Shown: in pieces, positions 30,246 to 40,313 of the stretch
How positions within the stretch are numbered: the stretch's first letter is position 1
Layout of the letters: the number at the start of each line of letters is the position of its first letter
NCBI GenBank assembly: GCA_965279035.1
Contig: OZ257142.1
Location: 1,408,001-1,472,000 of the forward strand
Source of the DNA: Bacteroidia bacterium
Lineage (GTDB): Bacteria > Bacteroidota > Bacteroidia > M30B66
Reading direction: 5' to 3'
Length of the DNA stretch: 64,000 bases
The notes under the pieces: generated by a model
Seen by the model: the letters and a program-made list of their open reading frames with translations, nothing else
Told to the model about the DNA's origin: nothing
The model's database searches: none
Translations under genes and position numbers: made by a program

Positions 30246-33200
30246 TTATTCAAGAATATTCAGCTTAAATACGGCTTGTTTTGATGTATCTGAAACCTGA
30301 ATAAAATAAATTCCACTTGAGAGTTTCTGCGTGCTTAAATAATATAAGCCTTTGTTGGTAGGCGACAATTTTTCGCTTCGAACCAATTGTCCACTCATCG
30401 AGTACATATTCATTGTGAGTATTCCATCAGAATTCAGCACGTTGAAATTCACATTTTCTCCTGATAACACAGGATTGGGATATACTGTTGAGATGGATAA
30501 AGAGTGTATGATCGATTCTATTCCAACGCTGCTTGTATCCAGCAGTATGGCGAAATAATTTGTATCAGTCCGGATTATCTGAATATTCCCATGAATGTCT
30601 TTGGCTTGATCAATCGAAACGGAAATGTTCTCTATATCGATACTCTGAAATGCCAAATTAAACCAAGCATAATAGGTTTGTGAATTTAACCAATATGATT
30701 GTGCTGCATCAAAAGTAAGTAGCGTTTGCGCTTCAACATGATTAGGGAAACTGAATACCGGAGCAATTGTCTCATCCATTGGTTCAGAATAAACGGCAAC
30801 AAACGATAGCGCATTTGGACCAACATCTTCTGGAATTAAAGTATACGAGTTAGCAGCTAATGCTGCTACTCCCGGTTGGCGAGTATCGACATAAACCTCA
30901 TTCACCGAAGTGGAACCAAATTGATAATTCCCTGCAGCATCGCGAGCGAATGAATAGGCAAACTGGATATTTCCTGGAATGCCAACATTTCCAATTACAT
31001 CGAATTGAGCACTAAAGGTTGTATCATTTATCCATTGACTTTGTGTTTGGTTGTAAACCAAGGCTTGAGCAACATTCGCAGGAGAAACCACAATCGAAGG
31101 AGGCAATGACATATTCATTGGTTCGTCATACGTCATCAAAATGGTAAAAGTAGCATCACCTTGAAGATCAATATTTACCAATGAATTACTTACTACATCA
31201 GCAATTAAATGGGGGTTTTGTGTGTCGATCGAGAATAAATTTTGACGGAAATAAAATTTCTGCTCATTTCCAGCTAAATCTTTTGCGCCAGATATTCTAA
31301 TACCAATATTGTAAATCGTTGTGTCTACATCCGAAACTAGGAAAAGAACATCGCAGGTTCTACTATCTTCCCAAATTACAAATGGATTACTTAACGATTG
31401 TGATGCTGAACTATCAAGGAAACTAATCACAGGTTGAGAAAGAGGATCCATGTCCTCATTAAACGTAAAAGTGAACGTCACCAAATCTTCCGCTTGCTGA
31501 TCCGAAATAACAGAATGATTGATGCTCACATTCATCACATTGGGTAGTCCCGCGTTGATTAATTCATTCGCATGATTAAACGCATTTGGTCCGAGAAACA
31601 TTCCCATATGTCGACCGGGTAAATCGTCCTGTGGTGGATGAATTCCTCCATAAATACGCGATAAACTGCATTGGTCAGAAGCATCTTGATAAGTAGCCCA
31701 TTGAATAGTAATGTCCTCGCTTGGTCCTTCTTCAAAAACGAGATATTGATTTTGTGTCGTATGAAATTCACACATTCCACCAGGGAAAAAATTATCTCCA
31801 GTCATGATAGTCATAACCTCTGCAGCAGTTCGAGAAAAAGTGGAATGTCCTGAAACAAACCCTGCAAAAGGTGGAGTTACAAAACTGGAACGTTGATATG
31901 GCCACCAGTTTTCTGATAATATCCAACCGGCACCAGCCATATCAACTAAAGGATCTGGAATGTATGAATGTCCTCTCCAAGTGTACAATTTGATTTTATA
32001 AAGGTTTTCATTATTGGGTCCAGCCAAAGGATCGCCCGGCATAACCATTTCAACGTATCCAGGAATTAAAGGTGTTCCAGCAGCATGATAGTTCGGAAGG
32101 TCAGGATCAGAACATTGTCCTTTTCCACACATCCAACGAATAATTGAAATTGGACGAGGAGAATCATACCAACCTTTGTTACTCCATGCTGTAATTGCCG
32201 CATCATGCAATGCGCCTGATAAAGTAAAATACGATCGAATATTCCAATCCAAATCTGAAAGTTCTTCTCCTTGTCCTCCCCATTTTTGAACAAATTCTGG
32301 ATGATCACTCACATAATTCAATATGGTAAACCAATGTCCAGGAGGTGTTTCTGAATTCGGACCATCAGCCCAAAACTCTGCTAGTACACGAGCATAATCG
32401 CCACGACGAACAATGTTGGGAGCATAGGGTTGACCTGTTTTCGGATTCAAAGCTCGGCCAGTCCCAATATCGCCCCCATTGTAGTAATTATAAAAGTTTG
32501 TACCCGTTGTGTAATTACTCGGATATGATTGAATATTACCAATAGCTCCGGGTGAAATATCGCGCATCACTTGATCTGCCGTATCGAGATGTGATTGCCA
32601 AATACTCACCATTAGATATCCGGTTTTATAATCGGATGACATGCCTGCAAAATCGTTTGTATCTAATTGTGGTGGTGCTCCAGCATCGAGATATACATTG
32701 TAATCGTGACCATTTCGGTTGTAAACTGTTTTGTTTCCATCGCTTAATGCAAATGGATGCACATTTCCCCATTCTGCTCCTAAAAAGGGAGGTGAAATAT
32801 TATATACATTTCCATTTTGATCGATATACTGATCTAAAAATATCTGTTGCCAACGATTCGGATTCACCAAATTACTATCGCCCACATGATTCGCATAAAA
32901 GGGCGGATTTACAGGTTGAAAATATTGGTTTGCATAATTTCCTTGTTGATTTGCTCCGTCAGTAAAACCATATGCTATATAACTTGATGCGATAAAATTT
33001 CCTAAAGCAGCAGGCGAACCAGTAGAATAGTCGATTGATGTATTAGTGATATCATAACCTAAGAAATTCATCAAGGTATCGAGCGGAGGTAATGTAATAG
33101 CTGCTCCAGGTGAATTCTGAAAACGAGCTCGAATCATACGATATGCTGCATAACTTACTGCTTCTTTTTGAGCTGCAACGCGATCAACTGGCTGTATAAT

Positions 33201-33488
33201 TCCATTGAACGGGCAGGTATATGAACCTACCGTTTTGCCTAATAAAAATGGTGTTGCGCTGGTGTCATAAACCGACCAAGCATCGTACATCGAAGCGGAA
33301 ATATGAAAGATGTTCCTGGCATGAATCGTAGGACGAGCAAAATCCTTACGAATGCATTGGAGCATGGCTTCATTCCAACGCCTTGCAACACTTTGCTGTG
33401 CTGAAATACTATTGGAAAAAGGGAGGAAACAGACAATGCAAAGAATTCGAATGACGGATTTTGAATTTTTGAAGTATATGTTCTTCAT
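30246..33488 (-). CDS. Vanadium-dependent haloperoxidase-like (PAP2 superfamily) protein with Ig-like domains and T9SS CTD
   Basis: AW..K.WYD..RP, TPPFAGFVSGHSTFS, SRIYGGIH motifs; signal peptide from MKNIYF (33488); CTD VYPNP...LSSGIYFI. Confidence 0.82.
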   Translation of the reverse strand: MKNIYFKNSKSVIRILCIVCFLPFSNSISAQQSVARRWNEAMLQCIRKDFARPTIHARNIFHISASMYDAWSVYDTSATPFLLGKTVGSYTCPFNGIIQPVDRVAAQKEAVSYAAYRMIRARFQNSPGAAITLPPLDTLMNFLGYDITNTSIDYSTGSPAALGNFIASSYIAYGFTDGANQQGNYANQYFQPVNPPFYANHVGDSNLVNPNRWQQIFLDQYIDQNGNVYNISPPFLGAEWGNVHPFALSDGNKTVYNRNGHDYNVYLDAGAPPQLDTNDFAGMSSDYKTGYLMVSIWQSHLDTADQVMRDISPGAIGNIQSYPSNYTTGTNFYNYYNGGDIGTGRALNPKTGQPYAPNIVRRGDYARVLAEFWADGPNSETPPGHWFTILNYVSDHPEFVQKWGGQGEELSDLDWNIRSYFTLSGALHDAAITAWSNKGWYDSPRPISIIRWMCGKGQCSDPDLPNYHAAGTPLIPGYVEMVMPGDPLAGPNNENLYKIKLYTWRGHSYIPDPLVDMAGAGWILSENWWPYQRSSFVTPPFAGFVSGHSTFSRTAAEVMTIMTGDNFFPGGMCEFHTTQNQYLVFEEGPSEDITIQWATYQDASDQCSLSRIYGGIHPPQDDLPGRHMGMFLGPNAFNHANELINAGLPNVMNVSINHSVISDQQAEDLVTFTFTFNEDMDPLSQPVISFLDSSASQSLSNPFVIWEDSRTCDVLFLVSDVDTTIYNIGIRISGAKDLAGNEQKFYFRQNLFSIDTQNPHLIADVVSNSLVNIDLQGDATFTILMTYDEPMNMSLPPSIVVSPANVAQALVYNQTQSQWINDTTFSAQFDVIGNVGIPGNIQFAYSFARDAAGNYQFGSTSVNEVYVDTRQPGVAALAANSYTLIPEDVGPNALSFVAVYSEPMDETIAPVFSFPNHVEAQTLLTFDAAQSYWLNSQTYYAWFNLAFQSIDIENISVSIDQAKDIHGNIQIIRTDTNYFAILLDTSSVGIESIIHSLSISTVYPNPVLSGENVNFNVLNSDGILTMNMYSMSGQLVRSEKLSPTNKGLYYLSTQKLSSGIYFIQVSDTSKQAVFKLNILE

Positions 33489-33628
33489 AGAGTAGCAGTT
33501 ATTTCTCAAGTATGAGAAAGATTGGGTGCGTAAATATTGGGGAGAATTCGATATCAAGCAAATTAAAATTCATAAAATCAATATTCTAGAAGCACTGGAT
33601 AAGAAAAATGTAAAAAATTATTTTTTGA

Positions 33629-33641
33629 TAAACAGTGTTTA
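33629..33641. promoter_or_regulatory. Putative TetR operator 1, adjacent to the -7 element TATATTTG (33643-33650)
   Basis: Palindrome TAAAC-AGT-GTTTA, repeated twice more in the operon. Confidence 0.7.
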
Positions 33642-33679
33642 GTATATTTGCCTCGTTCATAAAATTCAATTTGATCACC

Positions 33680-34294
33680 ATGGGAATTTCAGAAAGGAAA
33701 GAGCGGGAGAAATTGGAAATGAGAGACTTGATTCTCCAAGCCGCCACCGAATTATTTGTGGAACGTGGGTATGACGACACCTCCATTCGCACAATTGCTG
33801 AGAAAATTGAATACAGTCCAGCAACGATTTACCTGTATTTCAAAGACAAACCAGAGTTGTTCCATGCTATGATGGATCATGCGTTTGCTAATTTGATTGA
33901 TAAATTTCGTCAAGTAGATTTACAAGCCGCTCCACTCGATCGCCTTCGTCAATTAGGAGAAGTATACATGAAGTTCGCACTTGAAAATCCTGCTTTGTAC
34001 GATCTCATGTTTATTATGCGCAAGCCAATGGATCATGTAGAATGTGCTGAGGATTTTGATTGCGGATTTCAAGCTTACAACTTTCTTCATCAAATCATGC
34101 TCGATTGCATGGAGCAGAATCTAGTCAATTTTACGGATGCTCATGTTGGCGCAATCACCGTTTGGAGCCATTTGCATGGATTAGTTGCTCTTCATCTTCG
34201 TGGTCGCTTTGTGATGATACCGGAAGAAATGCATGCTCCTTTAGTTCGTGCTTCATTCGAAAGCTTGCTTCACATTATTTTAAAACCACATTGA
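33680..34294 (+). CDS. TetR/AcrR family transcriptional regulator
   Basis: MGISERKEREK, TSIRTIAEKIEYSPATIYLYFKDK HTH, WSHLHG (WHG-type C-domain). Confidence 0.95.
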   Translation: MGISERKEREKLEMRDLILQAATELFVERGYDDTSIRTIAEKIEYSPATIYLYFKDKPELFHAMMDHAFANLIDKFRQVDLQAAPLDRLRQLGEVYMKFALENPALYDLMFIMRKPMDHVECAEDFDCGFQAYNFLHQIMLDCMEQNLVNFTDAHVGAITVWSHLHGLVALHLRGRFVMIPEEMHAPLVRASFESLLHIILKPH

Positions 34295-34311
34295 GTTTTT
34301 TCACCCTTCTA

Positions 34312-34326
34312 CTAAACGCTGTTTAG
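34312..34326. promoter_or_regulatory. Putative TetR operator 2
   Basis: CTAAAC-GCT-GTTTAG. Confidence 0.6.
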
Positions 34327-34329
34327 CTT

Positions 34330-34632
34330 ATGCACGCCATATATCTTCATCCCAAGCCCATTCGCAATCACTTAAATTCCAATGAATCGATTGATCATCT
34401 TTCAGAAAAAATTCAAGGGCTAATTCGACGAAATTTTGCCCCTCAGTTAGGGCGAAATGCGTTGTTAAATAAGCAATTGTCGCTTAGGGATTTAGGGATT
34501 GAAAATGAATTTTGCACCTTATTAGGTTTCATCATCGAAAACCAATTCAACATCGTGTTTCCTACAAACCTAAATGCCGACACTAAACTCCTCGAGATCG
34601 AATCGAGCATTCAAGTTCTCTTTCAACGCTAA
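34330..34632 (+). CDS. Small acyl-carrier-protein-like hypothetical protein lacking the DS serine
   Basis: LSLRDLGIEN...IIENQFNIVFP aligns by eye with the ACP pattern L..DLG.DS...IE..F.I.IP. Confidence 0.55.
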   Translation: MHAIYLHPKPIRNHLNSNESIDHLSEKIQGLIRRNFAPQLGRNALLNKQLSLRDLGIENEFCTLLGFIIENQFNIVFPTNLNADTKLLEIESSIQVLFQR

Positions 34633-34646
34633 TTTTTGCCTTTCAC

Positions 34647-34659
34647 TAAACGTTGTTTA
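34647..34659. promoter_or_regulatory. Putative TetR operator 3
   Basis: TAAAC-GTT-GTTTA, 11 nt before the TolC start. Confidence 0.6.
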
Positions 34660-34670
34660 TACTATAATCT

Positions 34671-36014
34671 ATGGTTAATATCAAGGCTTTCAGCTTCTTC
34701 TTCCTTCTCGGTGGAATAGCTATGGCTCAACCTTCAGTTATCGATCAACTCATTCAAACGGGTCTCGAAAGCAATCACAGTTTGAAGCAACACCAAATTC
34801 AACTCGATAAAGCCAACGCTGCTTTACATGAAGCCCGCGGACTTTTCTTGCCTTCCATAAGTTTTCAAGCCGATTACACCTATGCTCAAGGTGGACGGAA
34901 ACTTAATTTCCCCATTGGTGATCTCCTCAATCCAGTGTATGGAACGCTCAATCAACTCACCGCTTCCAATGCTTTTCCACAGGTGAATAATGTGGATATC
35001 CAATTTCTACCCAACAACTTTCACGATACACGTTTGCGTTCTTCTCTACCCATCGTAAACGCTGAAATCTGGTACTTAAATAAAATCAAGAAAGAAGCTA
35101 TTCAAGGCCAACAAGCCGAACTCATGGTATATAAGCGGAATGTGGTTCGTGACATCAAATCGGCCTACGCCAACTACCTGAAAACTCTACAAGCTATCTC
35201 TATTTATAAGTCTGGAGTTGAATTACTGGAGAAAAATCTCAAACTCACACAAGCACTGGTTCGTCAAGATAAGGCCTTGCCAGCTGCCGTTTATCAAGTG
35301 AAAGCGGAACTCAGCGCTACACAATCCAAACTCGAAAGCATGAATAACGATAGCCGAAATGCTGCAGCGTATCTCAATTTCTTGCTCAATCGTGATTTAG
35401 CTACCGAACTTCCTATCGATTCAACGTGGTTGAAAACGGCCGGTAATCAACCTGCTTTCAACTCCTTTGTCACCCAACGCGAAGAACTCCTGCAACTGCA
35501 ATCGGGATTGAAACAAACCGAATCGCTGCTCAACATGAAGAAAGCCTTTTATGTTCCAACAATAGGAACTTTTTTCGATGTCGGATATCAAGGATTTGGT
35601 TATAAGATGAATTCCGACCAACGCTACTATTTAGGTGGTTTTCAACTCAAATGGAACCTCTTTTCAGGCCGACAAAATACCTGGAAAGTCAAGCAAGCAA
35701 CTTCTGATGTTTTACTACTCAACGACCGTATTTCGGAAGCCGAAAGTCAGCTACGCTTGCAATTAACCACTTCCCAAAATGCACTTGCATCAGCACTCAA
35801 ACAACTCGAAAGCAGCAAGGAATCGCTCACGTTTGCCCGCGAAAGCTATCGACTAACTGCCATTCGTTACGAAAACGGACAAGCCATTCCACTCGAACTT
35901 ACTCAAGCTTTACAACAACTCACACAAGCTCAATTAACACTGGCCATTCAGCAATCGGAAGTGCGCATACGCGAAGCCGAACTCGAACGTGCTGCTGCCA
36001 GCTTCACCTTTTAA
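34671..36014 (+). CDS. TolC family outer-membrane efflux protein
   Basis: Signal peptide, EARGLFLPSISF, QLKWNLFSG, RYENG; operon context. Confidence 0.92.
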   Translation: MVNIKAFSFFFLLGGIAMAQPSVIDQLIQTGLESNHSLKQHQIQLDKANAALHEARGLFLPSISFQADYTYAQGGRKLNFPIGDLLNPVYGTLNQLTASNAFPQVNNVDIQFLPNNFHDTRLRSSLPIVNAEIWYLNKIKKEAIQGQQAELMVYKRNVVRDIKSAYANYLKTLQAISIYKSGVELLEKNLKLTQALVRQDKALPAAVYQVKAELSATQSKLESMNNDSRNAAAYLNFLLNRDLATELPIDSTWLKTAGNQPAFNSFVTQREELLQLQSGLKQTESLLNMKKAFYVPTIGTFFDVGYQGFGYKMNSDQRYYLGGFQLKWNLFSGRQNTWKVKQATSDVLLLNDRISEAESQLRLQLTTSQNALASALKQLESSKESLTFARESYRLTAIRYENGQAIPLELTQALQQLTQAQLTLAIQQSEVRIREAELERAAASFTF

Positions 36015-36047
36015 TCGCCCCTTACCCAACCTCAAAATAGTTCAATC

Positions 36048-37103
36048 ATGCTTAGATATTTCCTTCCTCTCAGTTCCATCTTCATTGTGTTTTTTGCAGC
36101 CTGCTCCGCGAAATCGGAACCCGAAAAAGCCGAAAAAACAGCGGTCAATGTTGAGGTTCAAATCGTTCAATCGAGCTTATTAGCTGTTCCTGTTCAAGCA
36201 AGTGGAATTATTACTTCCGATGCTGAAGCACGATTATCCTTCAAAACTGGAGGACTCATCTCCAGAATGCTTGTAGAAGAAGGACAGCAAGTTCAAAAGG
36301 GACAACTTTTAGCCAGCCTGCAATTGACCGAGATCAATGCTCAGGTAAATCAAGCACAACAAGGACTCGATAAAGCCAAGCGCGATTTTAGTCGTGTAGA
36401 AGCTTTGCGTCGCGATAGTGCTGTAACACTCGAGCAATTCCAAAATGCGAAAACGGCTCTTTCTTTAGCGGAAGAAACGGTTCAGATTGCTCGTTTCAAT
36501 CAACAATATTCTTCCATAGTTTCACCTGTTTCTGGAAAAGTGATACGTAAGCTGATGAACGAAGGCGAACTAGCTGGTCCCGGTATGCCTGTTTACTTTA
36601 TCCAGTCAAATGCTCAAGCCGATTGGGTAGTGAAATTAGGCGTAGCCGATGTGGATTGGACTAGACTACAAGTAGGCGATTCCGCTTCAGTTTATGCAGA
36701 TGCTTTTCCGGGTGAAGTCATCCCTGCTATTGTGGATGAATTAGGTTTTGCTGCCGATCCTATGACTGGAACATTTCCTGTAAAACTTCGACTGGTAGCG
36801 GGAAACCGTTCATTAGCAAGTGGCATGGTGGCTAAAATGACCATTCATCCGCATGCGAAAGACGCACATCTCGTTTTGCCCATGCAGTGTTTATCGGAAG
36901 CACAAGAAGATCGCGCTTCAGTTTTTGTTTTGAGTAAGGACAGAAAAACAGTGAGTAGGGTAGAAGTGAAAATTCTTCAAATACTACCCGAAGGTGTTGT
37001 GGTGACTGGTGTTCCCGAAAATTCGAGCATTGTTACCAAAGGTGCAGCTTACCTGCATGATCAAAGTCAAGTGATTGTTTCATCCGCCTCAGCTAAAAAC
37101 TGA
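36048..37103 (+). CDS. RND efflux periplasmic adaptor (MFP) lipoprotein
   Basis: Lipobox FAAC; LSFKTGG.I..MLVEEGQ.VQKGQLLA; SPVSG.V. Confidence 0.93.
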   Translation: MLRYFLPLSSIFIVFFAACSAKSEPEKAEKTAVNVEVQIVQSSLLAVPVQASGIITSDAEARLSFKTGGLISRMLVEEGQQVQKGQLLASLQLTEINAQVNQAQQGLDKAKRDFSRVEALRRDSAVTLEQFQNAKTALSLAEETVQIARFNQQYSSIVSPVSGKVIRKLMNEGELAGPGMPVYFIQSNAQADWVVKLGVADVDWTRLQVGDSASVYADAFPGEVIPAIVDELGFAADPMTGTFPVKLRLVAGNRSLASGMVAKMTIHPHAKDAHLVLPMQCLSEAQEDRASVFVLSKDRKTVSRVEVKILQILPEGVVVTGVPENSSIVTKGAAYLHDQSQVIVSSASAKN

Positions 37104-37122
37104 TTAAACCTAATCTGAAGCG

Positions 37123-40100
37123 ATGAATATCTCCGAATTTTCCGTTAAGAATTACCAATTCACCATCGTCATTTCCTTGCTATTGCTAGGATTGGGCTTG
37201 TCGGCATTATTTACCATGCCACGGGGTGAAGATCCTCCATTCAATGCACCCTTGTATTTTATCATAGCTGTGTATCCCGGAACAAGTCCGAACGATATGG
37301 AGAAACTGGTTGCCGATCCTATCGAAGAGAAACTCAACGAGCTCAATGATATCAAACGTATCCGCTCAACCATAGATGATGGGTTGCTTGTGACGCAGGT
37401 TGAATTTACCTACGGTTCCGACATCGATAGTAAATACAATGAAGTCGTTCGAGAAGTGAATGGAATACGCGCCAATTTACCAGCCGACATGCTCAGTTTA
37501 GACATCCAAAAAGTGACCTCCTCGGATGTGAGCACATACCAGCTAGCATTGGTAAGCGAAACGGTTCCTTATCATATTATGCATGACAAAGCCGAAGCCT
37601 TGAAAAAGGATTTGGAAAAGATTAAAACCTTGAAAAAGGTCAAACTTCACGGGTTTCCGGAAGAAGAAATTCGGGTTCAGGTCGATTTGGAACGCATGGC
37701 ACAGCTGGGCATTCCGCTGAATCGGGTTTTGGGTGCAATTCAAACAGAAGCTTCTAATATTCCCGGTGGAAGTATTGATGCTAGTGCGCGAAAATTCAAC
37801 ATCAAAACCAGTGGAGATTATGGTTCCATTGAAGAAATTCGCAATACGGTCATTGCTACTTCGGGTGAGAAAATTGTCCATCTGCGCGATTTAGCTGAGG
37901 TGCAACTCGAAGAAGGCGATCAAGCATACCGTGCTCGGTTCAATGGAAAACGTGCTATGTTCATTTCCATCACAGAAAAGGAACATACCAACATCATCGA
38001 AACATACGGAAAGGTCATGCCCGTGCTGAATGCCTTTCAACAAAAACTCGATCCATCCATCAAACTCGAAAATGGATTTGTTCAAGCCGAAGATGTATCG
38101 AAACGCCTAACTGGATTTTCACGCGACATCACCATTGCGATTTTTCTTGTTTTGTTAACGCTGTTACCATTAGGAACGCGTGCATCCATTGTGGTAATGA
38201 TTAGCATTCCACTTTCCATCGCCATTGGATTAACTGCACTCAATCTCTTAGGTTATACAATCAATCAATTGAGCATTGTAGGTTTGGTTATCGCACTTGG
38301 TTTATTGGTGGATGATAGTATTGTGGTGGTCGAAAATATCGAACGATTTTTACGGAATGGTTACTCCCGGAAAGAAGCGGCTATTGCGGCAACCAAGCAA
38401 ATTTCACTAGCAGTTTTAGGATGTACTGCAACCTTAATTGTAGCATTTCTTCCAATTCTATTCTTGCCTGAAGGTTCTGGCGATTTCATCCGAAGCTTGC
38501 CTATGGCTGTAATCACAACCGTTCTAGCTTCTCTGCTGGTTTCCTTGACCATTGTACCTTTCCTTTCCAGTAAAATTTTGAAGCCACACGAAAATCCTAA
38601 GGGCAATATTTTTCTCCGCGGTTTACAGCGCTTGATTAGTGGCTCATATCGTGAATTATTAGTAAAAGCACTTAAGCGACCTATTCTTACTATTATTCTA
38701 GCCGTAGCAGTTTTTGTGGGAAGTGTGATGTTGTTCCCTGTGGTTGGATTTAGCTTATTTCCGAAATCCGAAAAACCCATGTTTTTGGTGAATGTCGAAA
38801 CACCTCTTGGAACCAACCTCGATGCGACCGATTCGGTTGCTCACGATGTGGAAAAAGAACTGCTTCAGGTGAAAGGTGTGAAAGCTGTTTTCGCCAATGT
38901 GGGTAAGGGAAATCCACGTGTGTATTACAATATTGCTGGCAAGAACGAATCAGCTAATACCGCTCAGTTTTTTGTCCGCATGGAAGAAATGACTCTTCCC
39001 GAAATTGAAGAACGAGTAGAAGCACTTCGGAATAAATTCACCGGCTACCCAGGCGCACGTATCGAAGTGAAGCAATTTGAACAAGGTCCGCCCATTGAAG
39101 CACCTGTGGCCATTCGTGTTTTTGGAGAAAACCTCGACACACTTCGCACATTGGCAGCACAGGTGGAAGCACGTATGAAGCAAACCGATGGAACCATCTA
39201 TACAAACAATCCGCTCGAAACCTACAAAACCGATATTCGTGTCAACATCAACCGCGACAAAGCATCGCTCTATGGTGTTCAAACATCCGAAATCGATCGC
39301 ACGGTGCGGATGGGAATTGCCGGATTGAAAGTAAGTTCATACAAAGATGCTTCTGGTGATGATTATGCGATTAATGTGACTTTATCTCATGATCGTACTC
39401 AAACCCTTGAGGTATTTAATAAGCTGCAAGTTTCTTCCTTAATAGGCAAACTCATTCCGCTCCGACAAATAGCAAGCTTGAGTTTTGAAACATCAGTTCC
39501 AACCATCAGTCACTACAATAAAAATCGGTATGTAACGGTGACTAGCTTTGTCAAGAAGGGTTTCAACACTATGAATGTGACAAACGATTTGCTCAAGAAA
39601 ATGGAAGGCATCAAACTACCCGAAGGATTTAGTTTTCAAGCTGCTGGTGAGGTAGAAAGTTCACAAGAAAGTTTTGGTGGATTAGGAACGATTATCCTCA
39701 TCACCATATTTGGTTTCTTAGCGATTTTGCTATTGGAATTCGGTACGTTTAAAAGTACGATGATTGTGCTTTCGGTTATTCCTTTGGGTATTATCGGAGC
39801 GGTGCTAATTCTCTTGCTTACCGGCAATACACTTTCGTTTGTTGCAGTTGTGGGGATGATTGCATTAGCTGGAATTGAGGTGAAAAATTCAATTCTGCTA
39901 GTCGACTACACCAACTATCTACGTGAACAAGGCATGGAACTCAACGAAGCCATCATGGAAGCAGGTGAAACACGGTTTCTTCCAATCATTTTAACTACAA
40001 TGACTGCCATTGGTGGGATGATTCCTTTGGTATTGGAAAATTCACCTTTGTATTCTCCATTAGCTTGGGTTTTAATTGGCGGATTGATAAGTTCTACAGT

Positions 40101-40182
40101 TCTAACACGATTGGTAACTCCTGTTGTATATAAACTTCTTGCTCCCAAAGTGGTCGTGAAAAATGAAGGATTGGTTGATTAA
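37123..40182 (+). CDS. RND efflux permease (AcrB/AcrD/AcrF family)
   Basis: 1019 aa; ALGLLVDDSIVVVENI, GIEVKNSILLVD, RFLPIILTT, PLAWVLIGGL. Confidence 0.96.
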   Translation: MNISEFSVKNYQFTIVISLLLLGLGLSALFTMPRGEDPPFNAPLYFIIAVYPGTSPNDMEKLVADPIEEKLNELNDIKRIRSTIDDGLLVTQVEFTYGSDIDSKYNEVVREVNGIRANLPADMLSLDIQKVTSSDVSTYQLALVSETVPYHIMHDKAEALKKDLEKIKTLKKVKLHGFPEEEIRVQVDLERMAQLGIPLNRVLGAIQTEASNIPGGSIDASARKFNIKTSGDYGSIEEIRNTVIATSGEKIVHLRDLAEVQLEEGDQAYRARFNGKRAMFISITEKEHTNIIETYGKVMPVLNAFQQKLDPSIKLENGFVQAEDVSKRLTGFSRDITIAIFLVLLTLLPLGTRASIVVMISIPLSIAIGLTALNLLGYTINQLSIVGLVIALGLLVDDSIVVVENIERFLRNGYSRKEAAIAATKQISLAVLGCTATLIVAFLPILFLPEGSGDFIRSLPMAVITTVLASLLVSLTIVPFLSSKILKPHENPKGNIFLRGLQRLISGSYRELLVKALKRPILTIILAVAVFVGSVMLFPVVGFSLFPKSEKPMFLVNVETPLGTNLDATDSVAHDVEKELLQVKGVKAVFANVGKGNPRVYYNIAGKNESANTAQFFVRMEEMTLPEIEERVEALRNKFTGYPGARIEVKQFEQGPPIEAPVAIRVFGENLDTLRTLAAQVEARMKQTDGTIYTNNPLETYKTDIRVNINRDKASLYGVQTSEIDRTVRMGIAGLKVSSYKDASGDDYAINVTLSHDRTQTLEVFNKLQVSSLIGKLIPLRQIASLSFETSVPTISHYNKNRYVTVTSFVKKGFNTMNVTNDLLKKMEGIKLPEGFSFQAAGEVESSQESFGGLGTIILITIFGFLAILLLEFGTFKSTMIVLSVIPLGIIGAVLILLLTGNTLSFVAVVGMIALAGIEVKNSILLVDYTNYLREQGMELNEAIMEAGETRFLPIILTTMTAIGGMIPLVLENSPLYSPLAWVLIGGLISSTVLTRLVTPVVYKLLAPKVVVKNEGLVD

Positions 40183-40211
40183 AATGGAAGAGTGTGGAGT
40201 TTAATTTGTGG

Positions 40212-40251
40212 AAAAATGGAGTTGAATAAAAATTTTCATTCCTCCATTTTT
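40212..40251 (+). terminator. Probable terminator of the efflux operon
   Basis: AAAAATGGAG...CTCCATTTTT inverted repeat. Confidence 0.55.
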
Positions 40252-40313
40252 TCATGCAACTTGTTTCGGGTATGTAACGTTTCATACCTTACGCACATAA
40301 AAATAAACCGCCC

